Assembly (NCBI GenBank): GCA_038087875.1
Contig: CM075989.1
Location: 19,036,001 to 19,100,000, forward strand
DNA: 64,000 nt
Reading direction: 5' to 3'
Origin: Malacoraja senta
Lineage: Eukaryota
Below the pieces are notes generated by a model. The model saw only the letters and a list, made by a program, of their open reading frames with translations. It was not told where the DNA came from and did no database searches. Positions 63,460 through 64,000 of the stretch are shown here, one piece after another. Numbering within the stretch: the stretch's first letter is position 1; every line of letters begins with the position of its first letter. A program made the position numbers and the translations under genes.

Positions 63460-64000
63460 GCGGCGGCGCGGATTACTGCAGCGGCCCCTACAGCCTGTCT
63501 GTCTTTTTTTTTTTTTTTGTCTAGTTAAATGTAGTTGTTTGTGTTTTTTTATACTGTTTTTAACTGTGTATATGTGGGGGGCGGGGGGGGGGAGGGGGAA
63601 ACTTAAAAAATCTCTTCCCTGCACGGGAGACCCGACCTTTTCCCTGTCGGGTCTCCGTTGTCGTTGGGGCCTAGCTCCGTGGAACGGCCTCCGACCGGGA
63701 CGACCTGGGGGCTCCAGTCGCGGAGCCTGCGGAGCTGCGGACTTACCATCGTGGGGCTGGCCGGCCTCGTAGCGTGAGGAGCGGTGGTGGCTCGCTGCTG
63801 CGGCCCGACTCCGGAGCTCCAGCTGCAGACCCGTGGACAGTGATATCGGGAGCTCGCGGGTCCGGGTGGGAGACCGCTTTCCGGAGCTCCCGCAACGCAA
63901 CTTCTCCAGCCCATGTCGCGGGGTTGGAACGACCCGGAGCGGGGACGTAAATCGCCCGGCGCGGCTTTAATGGCCGCAGGACATTCCAGCGCCCGTTGGG
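63460..64000 (+). mobile_element. 5' part of a related CpG-rich element, running off the window
   Basis: Same order of motifs as 13375-14000: GGCGGC start, T-rich tract, TTAGTTAAAT-like motif, G-run, CGGGAGCTCGC and GACTTACCATC. Confidence 0.6.

Noticed and set aside
51700..64000. Expected convergent neighbour (TMOD3 in mammals)
   Set aside because: No tropomodulin-like coding exon could be recognised on the - strand; untranslated 3' sequence cannot be excluded.

Overview
Eukaryotic, repeat-dense vertebrate genomic DNA. The repeat landscape (HE1/V-type tRNA SINEs, CR1, Rex1/Babar-like LINEs, Penelope-like elements) points to a cartilaginous fish, probably a skate or ray; this is inference. 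One complete protein-coding gene is present: LEO1 (PAF1 complex subunit), + strand, 12 coding exons from 34058 to 51438. All introns are GT-AG, the phases are consistent, and the CDS is 1935 nt (644 aa), followed by AATAAA at 51602. A second CpG-island promoter at about 17.8-18.4 kb appears to fire on the - strand into a non-coding first exon; by vertebrate synteny this is probably MAPK6/ERK3. Almost all ORFs in the supplied track are spurious or TE-derived. The most notable system is a 5'-truncated but still open Penelope-like retroelement (RT + GIY-YIG, 57706-59020) whose 3' UTR carries a minimal hammerhead-ribozyme core. About 20 short derivatives of that tail are scattered through the window; several are fold-back hairpins and several have 12-17 bp target-site duplications. 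Also present: a 63-bp CpG-rich VNTR in the LEO1 promoter, a heptapeptide repeat in LEO1 exon 2, an L1 fragment inserted into a CR1 with a perfect 17-bp TSD, Harbinger-like MITEs, and a 200-N assembly gap.
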